Assembly (NCBI GenBank): GCA_021613535.1
Contig: CP075492.1
Location: forward strand, 3,596,001-3,660,000
From: Adineta vaga
Lineage: Eukaryota; Animalia; Rotifera
Direction: 5' to 3'
Length of the DNA: 64,000 nucleotides
Each line of letters begins with the position of its first letter. The first letter of the stretch is position 1. Position numbers and translations under genes: made by a program. Below, in pieces: positions 1 to 15,285 of the stretch. The notes below the pieces were generated by a model that was not told the DNA's origin, ran no database searches, and was given only the letters and a program-made list of their open reading frames with translations.

Positions 1-130
1 TCTATTTGAAACATCAAGTGAGAATGATTTTTTTTTCAAGTGCAATTTTTTAAATAACCATAAAACCAAAATAATGAAAATTTGTCAATAAAAACCATTC
101 GATTTCTTCATTTTTCTTATTTTTAGAAAA

Positions 131-1342
<1,212 letters not shown>

Positions 1343-2052
1343 ATTTTTTCATTCCAACGCGATATTGTACTTATACATTTTTCTTTTTGACTCTATGTAC
1401 ATCTTCTTATTTCTCTTTCTCATCAGTATATTTTTTCGTGTCTTTCTTTTCGTTCAAATATCTATCTATATATGGTATGTGTATATGTTAGGTTCATTTT
1501 GTTAGTCAGATAATAAAAGATCGTGTGAAGAACGTTCGTAAGAATTGATTATTGTTTTGATATGAATAATGGTAACGAATAGTTTTATTCACGATTGAAT
1601 TTGACTCAAGTACCGAAGAAACTTGTAGAAACATTGATTATTAGTCATTCTCATGTCTTTATCTGTTTTTATTCTGAACTACCTTGATCGTTTAAAAAGA
1701 CTATTACACATATTCGCTCTCTCTCTCTCTCTCAGAAAATGTACTTTTGTATTAAAGAAACCATTGTATTACTTGTATGTTCTACTTTCGATGCCAAACA
1801 AAAAGCACAGTAGCATGTTCGATCTGTATCTTCATTGTATTTGAATTAATAAATCTTATTATAAAAAAACAATTGTTAGGCTTCAATTTCAAGCTTAACG
1901 AACATATAAATTACATATGTCAGTAATATATCGTATAGCATAATTGAAATGAAACCTTCACGTCATTCACGAGCAAATATGGTGAATTATTTTCTCCATA
2001 TATTTTCCGGTATTTTTATTTAAGAAATGCCTTAATTTAGAAATCTTCTTCT

Positions 2053-3524
2053 ATGACAAAAACTACGCGATCTATTCGAGTCATTCATACAACTATTCGA
2101 CCAGAAAGACGAATTAATTGTGAAAATAACAAATCAATTCATTGTAATTCGTCAACGAAAAGTCATTCAAATCATCGTTCATTAACACAAGTAAGTAGTA
2201 TAATAATACAATGAACCAAGAGTAATTTAAATCTTGTTTACTCAATAGTCATTTCAAAAGAACATTTCGCCATATAATAATTCTGAAAAACAATCATCAT
2301 TACCTGATTTATCAAGTGATCTATCAACATCATCAAAACAGCAGTTTAACATTAATGTCAGCGACTATCATCCATCATCTTCAGAAACGAAAGTAAATGT
2401 TTCTTTATGGAGAAAAGAGTATGAGTGTAGAAGATAAAGTCAAGATCTAACCTTAAAGCAAAAAATATTTATTATTTTTCTTTAATTAACAGATATCAAG
2501 ATTTCAAACAGATCGAAAAGGCACAATAAAAGATATGTGGAAAGAATCAAACAAGAACAAAAGAAGAAAGTAGATTATTATAATTTTCATCTTTATTATG
2601 TATATTTACTTCTCATCTAGATATTTTCCTCATTCTTGTGGTCATCGTTTATATTTATGTATATTTATTTCAATTTGTTGTACTCTTCTGATAGCAATAG
2701 GTATTGCTGCAATTTCAGTCGGATTATTAATAAAAACTTCAAAACCATCGACAACAACAACAACAACAACAACAACACTACTAACAACAACATTAAGTAA
2801 GCTAGAATAAGTGTGCGGATAGATTAACTTCTCTGGCATTCACATCTAATATATCTGAATTTGTATGAAAATAATCACTGAAGATGTATCAGACTAACTG
2901 AGGCCGAAATTTTCGGTTTATAATCTCGCTCATGGTACATCTCTAAATGATAACTTTCTAATTTCTTTAACAGATCTGACATCATTCATAATTACAAATG
3001 AGACTTTCTATGGTATATGGAACACAACTGCTGGTAGTAATGGTGAACTATCGACTCCTGGTAGCGTTTTTGGCAACTATAATCCAAGTGAAATACCGAG
3101 CTATGCCTTTGATCAAAATACTAATACCAAATATACTAGTTACGGTATTTGTAATCAAAGTTCCATCTATTCACTTGAGTGTGGAGTAAATACTGGTTTT
3201 TATCTCACATTTCAACAAGGTGCATCATTACTAACAGGTATACGATTTTCGACTGGTAATAATCGTCCAGATCGTGACCCATTGACAATAACTATTGAGG
3301 GAAGCAATCAAGTTCCTTCTGCACTTCTACTCGGTTCTAGTTGGACTTTAATATATAATGATTCAACTGGTTTAGATATTGATCCAGGTCGTTATAGTGT
3401 TGGTATGACTCAAATAATATCAAACAATATCGTTCCGTATAACAGTTATCGTGTTCTCGTTACTTCTATACGTAATATATCTAATGCTGTTCAATATAGT
3501 GAAGTCGAATTATTTGGTTATTGA
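2053..3524 (+). CDS. Type II single-pass membrane protein: Ser-rich N-terminus, TM helix, poly-Thr stalk, C-terminal galactose-binding/discoidin (F5/8 type C)-like domain; about 5 exons
   Basis: TM LYLCIFISICCTLLIAIGIAAISVGLLI; (ACA)n encodes TTTTTTTTT; last exon from about 2974 reads ...YAFDQNTNTKYTSYG...GIRFSTGNNRPDRDPLTITIEGSN...YNSYRVLVTSIRN...VQYSEVELFGY*, a jelly-roll-like pattern. Confidence 0.7.
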
Positions 3525-4651
3525 CACTTGAGCGTGTAGGTGTTCTTCTGACCCTCACCCTAACGTGATAAAAAAGACAGTTTTCTTGTACTATCTAGTT
3601 AACAATAAACTATGATACCAGTATATGTGATGATAAAGCCGTCATTATACATGTCGTTGTTTGTTACTACAGAAGATAAAAATGAAATTGACTTGAGACG
3701 GTATGAATATTACAAATTTAAGTTACTTGAAAGGGAACAAATAACTGACTGCCGAAAATATGCTCACTAAACAGGTCTCTATTTTCTTCTTAAGTTCTTT
3801 TCTTGTTATACGCACATTGTCATATACCGAAGATTGAATCTCATTTTGATGAATTATGAGAAGAACAACGATGTGTCTTAAAAAGAACCACATAGAATCT
3901 GTTTGAGTGATTAGTCAAATATTTAGTATATATTCAGAAATAAATTTCGATTATTGCACGTACGATTCTGATAATTCAAACTATATTTGTAAATGTGCTT
4001 TTTCGTTCATTTAAATCAATGATGTTCAGTCAAGACTATATTTTCTTCTGTAATTTCAATAGTAACATAAATTGTTTTCAATACTTATGAAATAATTCGA
4101 GAATATAAATGATCATATATGAAGTTTTTATTTATTTACAATGTTTGGCAATCTATACACACGCAAAAAAAGAAAAATTGTTTTCTTTTTGAAAATATTA
4201 AAACAAAGTTTTTCATATTTGTCTTATCTTCATTAAAAATGATGTCATTGTAATTCTTTATATTTGTTGATTTAAAAGGAAATCTACAAGAGTTTGTTAT
4301 CGAGATAAGAGAAAAAACAAAAATATTCGTTGGAAATTTCATTTGTTTTATCGAATTTCAGAATCTTCACGACAAAACATTAAAAGAATCTAAAGAATAT
4401 CATATTCGATATTTTGATCAAAATGCATTTCATCTCTTTATGAATTTTTCCTTTTTAAAAACATCACCATCAATGAAAATATTTTAAACAAAACAAATTC
4501 ACATCGTTATTCAACTACTTTCCTTTTCATCTCAGTCGTACTTATACAATACCCATTTTGCACATCCACACCCTCACACACTTGATATTGAGTCTGAAAT
4601 CTTCTATTCCAATATGATTTGAATATTTTTAGATAAAACATAACTTCTTTC

Positions 4652-6966
4652 ATGGCTTCTGTGGAAAATCTTTCTTCTTCAGTTAATCTTCATCGTAAAA
4701 TAGCACTTGTTATTGGTATTAGTGAATATAAAATAAATAAATCTTTACCAAATGCTATTAATGATGCAAATGGTATGTCGAAAATGTTAAAATCAATGGG
4801 ATTTCTTATTCATGATGGTGAAGCAAAATTAAACTTGACACGCAAAGATTTTAAATTAATATTGACAGCTTTCATAGAATCAATCGAAGATAAAGATATC
4901 GTTCTGTTTTATTATGCTGGACATGGTACACAATGGGAAGTAAGATGAATAATTAAAGATTGTTATTTTTCATTTTCTTTTTATTCTTAGGATCAAAATT
5001 ATTTAATTCCATCGGATGATTTTAAAGTCGAAAATAATGAAAATATTCAATTAACTGGACCTGATTTAAAAAAATATGCAATCAATGCACAAACTCTTTT
5101 GAATAATATTGATGATCGTGATCCATTTCTAACAATATTTCTCTTAGATTGTTGTCGAACTTATCATTTAGGTCATATTGAATCAGAAAAAAATAAAAGA
5201 GGTGATGTAACTAATCGTTCTAAAGGACTAAGTTTAATGCCCCCTAAAATTGGTTCATTAATTGCATTTGCATGTGCACCGGGAAGAGATGCTGATGATG
5301 GAAATAATGGAGAAAAGAATGGATTATTTACAAAATATCTTCTTCAACATCTTTCAACACCAAATGAAGATATTGAAATACTTTTACGTCGTGTTAGAAA
5401 TAATGTCATGGAAGAATCCGAGGATGAGCAAATTCCACATGTGACTTCTGTTCTAAGATATGATCATATTTGTTTATTCAATGGGAAAAAAGGTAAAGAA
5501 TTCTAGAATTTTTATAATCTGATTTAACCCAGAGTGAGATTTGTTTTTGCCAAGAAAAGTATTAAATATCAAAATATAGAACTTGAATAGTGAACGATAA
5601 ATAAAAAACCATTGATAAAAGATTTCTCTTCATGGAAATGATTAGAAAACAAATTATCTTCCAATCATGTTTCCCTGCCTAGTCTTTCCAAAGACACTCC
5701 TTTCGTTTCACTGAATACTATGAGAAATAAGTTCCGAATTTTAGAATTATCTGAATTCATTGTAAAGATCCAAGTATCTCCAATAAACTTTCTTTTCCTT
5801 TTGATTCGATTCAAATGTTAAAATAACAAATACGAAAATAAATGACACCTTTCGAAGATTCATCAATTAAATACAATATATTCGAGTATAATTACACATT
5901 TACAAATGAAACAATTCTTTTGTTAATCGATGAAAAAAAGGACAAATTTCAGAAAGTTTTCTTCGAAGAAATTTCGTATTCTTCTTTTTTTCTGATGAAA
6001 ACCATTTCTTTAGAAATACAATTCAAAAAGTGGAGACAAGATGCAGATATTATTGCGGGAGGAAATGGATTGGGAGGCAGATTAAATCAATTCTTTTATC
6101 CTAGAGGAGTATTTATTGATAAAAACAAAACCATTTTCATTGCTGATTTTGGAAATCATCGTATTGTTGATTGGAAATCAGGTGAGAAAGAAGGAAGAAT
6201 TGTTGTAGGTGGAAATGGAAAAGGAGAGAGAAGAGATCAATTGACTTATCCAACAAATATGATTGTTAATCAACAAAATCATTCAATCATCATTGCTGAT
6301 TCTGAAAACAGACGGATTATTCGGTGGTGGCTGGAACAAACACAAGGATTCAGACGATTTTTCTCGTTTTTCAATCAAAATCAACAAGAAATTCTTATCG
6401 AAAATATTTCTTGTTGGGATTTAACAATAGATCAACATGGATTTCTTTATGTTTCTGATTTGGAGAAGAATGAAGTGAGGAAATGGAAGTTAGAAAAGAT
6501 TAATAAAAACAAAGAAGGAATATTAGTAGCAGGTGGAAATGGAAAAGGAAATCAACGAAATCAACTCAACTCTCCTACTTTCATTTTCGTTGATAAAGAT
6601 CAATCTCTTTATGTTTCAGATCGAGAGAATCATCGTGTGATGAAATGGAGAAAAGATGCGAATGAAGGAGTTGTTATGGCTGGAGGAAATGGTGAAGGAA
6701 ACAGTCTCAATCAATTGAATCAACCTGAAGGATTGTTTGTTGATGAATGGAATCAGATCTATATGGCAGATTGTGCGAATCATCGAATAATGCGATGGTG
6801 TGAAGGAGATGAAGAAGGTTCGATTGTTGTTGGTGGAAATGATTGGGGGAGTGAATCAAATCAATTCAATGGTCCCGTTGGTTTATCATTTGATTTTGAA
6901 GGAAATCTTTATGTTTCAGATAGTTGGAATGCTCGAATCGTTCGATTTGATTTAATTCGTGAATAA
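4652..6966 (+). CDS. Peptidase C14 (caspase/metacaspase-like, bacterial p20 type) fused to an NHL-repeat beta-propeller (NHL copy A); exons 4652-4939, 4991-5492, 6014-6966
   Basis: KIALVIGISEY, catalytic His in FYYAGHG, catalytic Cys in LLDCCR, IAFACAPG, NGLFTKYLL; the phase-1 donor after 5492 (AAA G|gtaaag) matches the phase-1 acceptor tttag|AAATACAATTC at 6014; NHL repeats GGNG..QL..P.G...D..N.R. Confidence 0.85.
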
Positions 6967-8156
6967 AAGCATTTTTTGTTTTTTGATTGAAAAAAGAAAA
7001 GCAAGATTTTTGAGAAATGAAGAAGAAATTTCACGAAAGAAAATATCCTTTGTGAATTTAAACGAATTCTTTTCATCTCAAAAGAAACTACGCAGAAAAA
7101 ACGATTTGATTTGAAATTGATTCGAAAAACAAAATCTTTTTTCAACGGAAAAAGAATAAAATTTCTCTTTAAATTTCACATAAAAAATCACTTTTTAGAT
7201 TATAATAAACCATATGTATGTATTAGAGTTATCTAGTCGTTATTGCTATAAATAATTTTGTAAATTGAAAGTGTTACAATACAAATGAATATCAATTTAA
7301 TTTTCATATTGTATAATTATGATAATATAAGTATAATGATAGATTATAATATCAATCAATTTTTGATTTTCTATGAAATAAATACAAAAACAATTATTAT
7401 CATAGTCTCTTCTTTATTATATTCATTAGTATGTGATTTCTTATATCATTTAATAAGAAAATCATTATTTTGAGGATGGGTGTGGATGTTGATGTAATCT
7501 CATTGCAGTCGAGCAACAAAAATTGGCCAGACAATTGATCCTATTTTTTCTCTAAATAATCTTTTTGTTATATACTTTCTTAGATTGTGCTTTGTGAACA
7601 CTTCACTGGAAAGAATATTCCTAGTTTCTCTATAAATTAAATGTCCTTCTTTTGTTTCTTCGAGTTTTTATATTTTCATAAAGAAAAAATACTGAAGCGA
7701 GGCGTTTCTACGGTTTGTTGATCAACTAGATATGTTATTTTAGGCAAGAAAATATATGAATATGGTAAAAAATTGTCATAGAAACAGCGCAGAAATATTT
7801 TCACTAAAAGAGTATACAGTTTTTCTTTTTAATTTACTAAATTTTGTGCGTTATTCTCCATTTAAAACTTAACTGCCTAGAGTGTGCGAAGTAGTCAAAA
7901 CAAAAACTTTTTTCTCTGACAAACTGGGTGGAATATCTTTAGAATCGATCATCTTTTTCTTATATTGTGAAGATGTAAGAGATGCCAAATTACTATGATG
8001 TAATATATGTTACATATGGTAGTCAACTGGCTTCTTTGTGCATCTCTGGAGGCATCTTCAGGATATGTAATATTACTTCTAAATAGAATATACTTTTATT
8101 TTAGAGCAAGGCATCACAATTTTCTTTGAAGTATTGGAAAACTTTTAACTAGTATC

Positions 8157-11100
8157 ATGAACTTGAAAACTCTTCTCAAATGGATTTATACAAAAGGATC
8201 CAATTATAATCTTTTCATGTTAGAAGAACATGATTATAATGATGATGACGATATCAAAGATCCAGCTATTATTCTTAAACATCAAAAAAATAAAACTCGG
8301 TTGTACGTTATACTTCTCGCAGGTAAATCGTATACAAATTCGATATTCCAGTGAAGAACTGAAGTTCTAATTCTGTATTTGTTTCTTTATTTTAGTATGT
8401 CTCTATGTGTTATTCTATGTTACTTTGATTAGAAGGGAATATGAAACAGTTGTTATTTCTAGGATAACATCTGATATTTTCAAGAAACTTTCTTCTGAAC
8501 ATATCGAAACTCTTTCATGTCCATGTAGAAGAAGCATCATATCATATGAAAATTTTGTTTTTAACAATCTCACAATGCATCCCATATGTTCGAGTGTTTT
8601 TGTTGATAAACAATGGATCGAAGGATTATATTTCGCAAATGCAAGTCTATATGCCAGTTGGGATTTTCGAACAACGGCTTTTTCTCAAGTAAATCAGAAT
8701 TATATTTTGATCGAATTATTATAGTATTTGTCTTAAAAAAAATTGTTTTATTTAGTTCGAACTTCTCTCCAAATTTTGTTCGCTTTCGAATGAAACTATT
8801 TTCCAAATTCAAACTGATATTAACAATATTAACTTTATTTCCATTGAACTGCAATCTGAAGCGCAAGTTCAGTTAGGAGTAGATGGCTTCATTGATATTC
8901 AGAAAAACAATGCATTTGATCGAATCAAATCATTCTTGAATTATTTGAATACAACAATTCAAGGAAATTTATTAGCTTCAGCACTTGGCACCAACTGGAT
9001 AGTTGGAATACGATATGAGACGCAAAATATTTTTTATCCCTATCCATCAATAGTAGCATATACTTTCAACTATTCGAGTATGCAAAAATGCGGCGAAAAC
9101 AATTTTGTAGCTCCAGCCACTCTCAATTCGCTATTAGTTGGTCCAACGGATTACAATCCAAGAATAATGATAATAGGAGTACTCAATTCAGCAATCGTCA
9201 ACGGCTTTTTCACAGCATGTACACCCCTTGAAGCAATTTTGGAAAGTACATTGCATTGCCTATACGAAACTGAATGTATTCAATTGTTGTTGAATTATTT
9301 CCCAAAACTCAACCAAGTTCGTCTTTTATGATTCCTTATTTGTCAAATATTCTTTTTTCTTTTAGATGAACTTCAATTGGAATAATTCTGTTCTGACCTC
9401 AAAACATCAAAATATTTCTGTCATTAATCATCTAAATACACTTTTCATTGAAAATTGGTCAACAAAAATCAACTATTCAACATATTTTCATCAATGTTCT
9501 CCATCAATGTGTACATACACAACAAGAAATCGAGTCAATTTATCTATTGCCATCACTCTTTTCATTAGTCTTTATGGTGGTCTCATCATTATACTTCGTT
9601 TCGTTGCATCATATTTCATTGATATCTTGTCGAAATTAAAAGATCATTCAAGTAATTCAAATGAAAATTCATCATCTTGTTCATAGAATTTCTTTTAGAT
9701 CCTCAAAATACACAAACATTCAGTTCGATTCAGGCAATGAAACAATTGAATTTATTCAAAAATATTCATGATCGAACAGGAGCGAGTATCAGACAACAAA
9801 GAATAATCACTCGTATTTATTTGATTTTTTTATTTGGTAAAGTTATTCTCATTGCACATATTTTGCGTGTTCATTTGTATCTTTTGAAAAATTAGGTTCA
9901 ATAAGTATTCTTCTACTATTCACAACATTAAGTAATGAAATAACAACAATAACAATCTCAAATCCTTCAATTATAATTTATAAATCATTAGAAAACATTT
10001 ATTCAACAACACTGCGATGTCCATGTTCAAATAAAACAATATCTCATCAAACCTTTATGTCATTTTCTCCAACATTTCATCAAATATGTTCAAGTGGTTT
10101 CATTGATGATGCTTGGATTAAAATGTTAAAATCGTCAAGAAACTACTATGTCAGTAATGATTGGAGTAATAAAGCAAATCAACAATTTCAATTATTATCT
10201 GATCTTTGTCGATTAGCTAATAGAACAATTATTGATGCTATTGATCGATTTCTTTCGCAAGTATTTATCGCTTCTTCTATAATGAATGAAATGGATTTTA
10301 ATAAACAATTAAATTCGAGTATAAATCAATTTTACCAATCAACACTTTACCACTTTGAGTTCCAGAAAAATATCATCGAACTAATTATGCAAGTGGATCA
10401 ACTTTATGCGGGAATATTCATAATTGGATCTGACTATTCTAATATTGGCTTAATCGTAAATGTAATAACAAATGAGACCAACAATGATACAACGTCGCAA
10501 GTATATCATTATAAACAAGACTTTGAAACAAGTTTATTAGATTTTCTTCTATTATTAGCGTATTGAGATGAATAGAAAGAGAGTACTAAAAATAAAGATA
10601 ACATCGAATACTGAATAAGTTCTGTATTATTTGCTATCAATCTCTTCAATAGTGGTAGATTGAATATAATAGAATTTGACAGCAAGAGCATTTTTATCCG
10701 ATATAAATATGAACTGTTTTATATATAGATCCAATTGATTTCAGCTGGAATTCAAAATATAGATTCAACATCGGTTGAATGTGTCTGTGCTATTGATCCA
10801 TCATGTCAAAATCCAGCTGTTATCTATGATCCCTATTTCGACTTCGAATGGAATAACGATGTCAATCTTATTTATAACATATCCGGTTGGATGCAAGGCT
10901 GTCTTGCTATTGATTCACTTCTACTCTCAACACTTCAGTGTTTATATGTGGATTCAGATTGTTTTCCACGCATATTGAACTATTTAGCAATCAGAAATTT
11001 AGTGTCTATCAGTCTTCTGTCATCTTCACTTCGTATACAACCTCTCGTCTACGAGTCAGCAGTAAGTCGGTTTCCTCCCGATACCTCAGTTTCATTAATC

Positions 11101-14100
11101 GTCAAAGAACTCATGATGGAACAATGGAACCCTTCTTTATCATATCAACATTTCTATGAAAGTTGTGCACCCATATATTGTTCTTATTCTCAAACAGTTC
11201 GCAAGGAATCTTTCATTGGAGTTATTATAAAATTAGTATCGATGATTGGTGGTATTGTTGTCTCATTACGTATGTTAATACCTCATCTTGTTAAATTTAT
11301 ATCAAGAGTTTCCACAAAGCCAAAGGAAAATCCAAAACAACCAGAACAAAGTAATCATCTACAGTTACTTTCGTTTTTAATAGTTAACAAACTAATAATC
11401 TAAGTTTTCCATTCTAAATGTGTGTTACTTATGTGATAGATAATTTGTGACGGCACTTAAAGGATTTGATTTAAATAATTATTTAATAATTGATAATAAA
11501 AAATATATATTATGAAACTCTTTGTAATCTAGTTGAACGTAGTTGCATTGATCGATTGAAGATGATGGTGCAGAATCTTATCAAAGTTTTACGTACAACA
11601 TTCGTTGAATTAAATATATTCACAACACGTGATCTAGGAAGTGATGTTGATCGAGTCACAGCTAAACGTTATGGTCGATGGGCAACTCGTCTTTATATTC
11701 TCTTATTTCTAAGTGGTCTAACCATTCTGATGTTCTATACACTTATTCAAACACATACTTTAACAAAAACTTTTGCTAAACCATCTTTTACTTACTTTAA
11801 TCATTTGACAAAAATCTATGGTGATGAATTAAAATGTTCATGTTCAAAAATAGCATCAACATATGATCAATTTGTGAGAATTGAACCAGTGTTTCATTTG
11901 GTAAGAAAGAATTTTCTATTTAATACTTAAAATATCCTTTGATTTCTCATTTCATCTTATTATTTTTATTGTGCCAAAAGAATAGTAAACAATAAAAATC
12001 GTTCTTTTGTTACTGCTTTCTGAAATATACATAAGTATAGATTATTATTCATATTTATAGGTTTGTACAAGTCCATTTGTATCGGAACAATGGCGACTCT
12101 ATTTAGTCAGTGGTCTCGTTCCTAATTTAACGGTCTATGAACAAAGAGATTATCGCCGATTTCTCTCCGCTCATTTACAATATCTTCAAGGATTATGTCA
12201 ACTTTCACAGCAAGCAGTGAATAATTCTATTAGTGAATTTTTGACGTCATTATTGGTGACTGTAGAACTTCTGTCACGAATCAATTTTCAAAATCGTCTT
12301 GTAATTTCAATTGAACAGAGTAAATCGAATGCTCCTGTCTTATTTTCTCGTCTTCTCTATCTCACGCAACTTATTTTTCATGGCAATGCTTTTATATCAA
12401 CTTATGGAACTGATTTTACATATCTTCTCACCAATTATGAAGTAGATTTTGATGTTTATTCACCTACAGAAGCAGTAATCTATGATAATGAATGTTCCTG
12501 TGGAATGTCTTCAAATTGTACAACTCAAGCAACTTTCATTGAAACAAATTCTTCGACTTCGACAAAGTTGTCAGTCAAAGGTATGAAAATGGGATGTATT
12601 CCAAGTGAATCCTTTCGTCTTTCGACTCTTGAATGTTTTTATGATCAATCATGTCTTGATCTTATTCAACAATATACAAATTATCCAAATTCTTTAACTC
12701 CACTTTCAACAACAACAAATTTTAGTCGTTTTCCACAGAATACAACAATAAGTGAACTGATCAATCATTTATTTATTGAAAAATGGTCAACAGAAATGAA
12801 TTATTCATCATATTATGAACAATGTTTACCTTCACTTTGTTCTTACACTAGTATTGAAAAATTTAATCTATTGTATACAATCACTGTTATTCTTGGAATT
12901 CAAGGTGGTTTGACGATTGTTCTCAAATGGATTTGTCCAAAACTCGTTCGAGTTGGATCAAAAATATATTACCATCGAAAAAAACGAATCACTCCGGTTC
13001 ACTCCACTGTTTGTATTGAAATACCGTCTACTGCAATTACTAACACTACTTGGAATTGTGTAATAGAACCAATGAATATACGACCACAGTAAATCATCTT
13101 TCTTTTCCTTTGTAATCAAAAATGTTTTTTTTTGGTTTAGAAATAATGTTATGTTACGTAGTCAATCATTTTTCAAGATGGTATTTGTAATTGGACTATT
13201 AATATGCATATTAATAGGTATTATCATGTTTTCAATATATTACGCTCAACAAGGTAATGAATAAACGAATAGGACTAAGCAAAATAATGATCTACTTCGA
13301 TTATACATATTTCATAGATTCGACGACAGATATGTCAGTGATTAATAATTCGAATACAACAATATACACAACAATAGCAACATCTTGGAGCTCATCGGGT
13401 TAGGTCAATAGCGAACTTCATGTTTTAAATATTGTCAATTAATTTATATCTCTAGAAGCTCCATGTCGACCTCAATTCGAACAACTCTCAATTAATGCAT
13501 CGTGTTCCACAATCTATTCATATACAGGTGCCGTGGCTGATATAAATGCTGATAATCGAGCTGATTTGATCTTTTACTGCACTGATAATTGGACATTAAA
13601 TGTCCTACTTGGGAATGGCAACAATAATACATTTCAAGAATCGATCATATATTCATTAGACAATGTTCAATGGATCCTTCATATTCGTGCTAACGATATA
13701 AACAATGATGGTCAAGTCGATCTTATATTAGGTCATACTATTAACTGGATTCCACATATTAGTATTTTGTTTGGTAATAGTAATGGAACGTTTCAAACAC
13801 AAAATATCCAATCCTTCGCCTTAAACAACGCCCCAGCAGCCATCATTGTAGCTCATCTTAATAACGACAAAAACTTGGATATCGTCATTTCGATTGCAAC
13901 TGATAATAATGTTTATGTGTATTTTGGAGATGGGAATGGAGCATTTCCATCACAATTAACATTGTATATAGGATACAATAGTTTTCAGCAAGGATTAGTC
14001 GTGGGTAATTTTAATACAGATAGTTATTTGGATATTGCTATAATGAACGTAAATGATCTTCATATTCATATATTTTTTGCAAATAATGATGGAAGCGTTT

Positions 14101-14564
14101 GGTCGCATAAATGGTTTTTCACTACAATCGCTTCTCATCAGTATAGTATAATTGCCGGTGATTTTGATGATAACAATCAAACTGATATTATTTGTTTTTA
14201 TAATTGGTTAAATACTGTCTCTATTTTATATCGATATCATAATGATACTTTTCATAGTGATGAGCAGATAATTATGGAATCTTCTATGATAGTCGGTTCA
14301 ATGGCTGTAGGTGATTTAAATGGAGATCAACATTTAGATATCGTTATTAGCATCATTTCTCCATATGGAATTCATTCTCTGCAAGGAAATGGGAATGGAA
14401 ATTTTCAAGCACAAATTATATATTCAAGTGAAATTAAAGGTAATGGAATGTGGAATGATGTTCATGATTTGAATAATGATAATTGTCAAGATATAATTAA
14501 TATCAATACGGATTCTAACATCATAGATATACTATTGAATACATGCGAATGTTCTACACATTAG
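8157..14564 (+). CDS. Large multi-exon membrane protein: three tandem copies of a TM / Cys-rich ectodomain / TM unit, then an extra TM, a Ser/Thr linker and an FG-GAP/VCBS repeat propeller
   Basis: Each unit reads RLY(V/L/I)..L (TM)...L.C(P/S)C...H.(I/V)C(S/T)S.F...STL.C.Y...C...E.W....Y..C.P..C.Y...GG(L/I) (TM), at about 8290-9620, 9810-11300 and 11680-12950; 13533-14564 carries repeated D.N.D...D motifs (DINADNRADL, DINNDGQVDL, DLNGDQHLDI). Confidence 0.8.
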
Positions 14565-15285
14565 ACTATTTCAGAAACTTGAAAAACGGAATTACTGTCT
14601 GAAATAACATCTGACAGCAGATCAATAATGGAAAACTTTATTCGTATTGCTTTGTCAATACTTTATATATTGTCTGCTTTACAATAATACCTCACACATA
14701 TCGTAAAATTTTCTATTTTATTACATTATTTATCATTACAGGCATATCTCAAAGTAATTTTTATTTTAATCACTAATACTTTTGCTTTAGAATAAAAATA
14801 ACAATGCAATAAGAGTACAATTGTAGATCCAAAAGAATAATCAGCCACCCTCAAGGTTCAATCAATTGATGAGAATTCTTGAAAGATTCGTTTCATCGAG
14901 AATGTTGAAGTCTGATTAGAAAATCATAGTTATCTTTTCATATATCTGTTGAATAAGGTCAACATATAACTTTGAGTTTCGTTAGTTGAGTGTAAATAAC
15001 AAAGCAACATGTTAACATCAGTTTGAATATTTTCGCTTGTTCATTCAGAAATTTAATCAAATATCAAGATTTTAATTCAACGAAGATTTCTGTCGCAAAT
15101 TAAATTCGTTATCAAATCAAAACAGTATTTCTTGAGGTTGTCATTTCAATTAAAAACAATTCTTTTTTTTTCAGATAAAAGCCGATTTTGTAAGAAATGT
15201 TTGAAAAAGAATTTATTTTTTTTTGCTAAAATCGAATCAAGAAAAATTGTTTTTTTATCAAGTCTTTTCGTTTGAAATGCAAAGT

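Noticed and set aside
5842-6013. N-terminal 57 aa of the 374-aa NHL ORF (and similar extensions at 28870, 48587, 50028, 56587)
   Set aside because: Open-frame read-through of AT-rich intron or UTR sequence upstream of clear acceptors or ATGs
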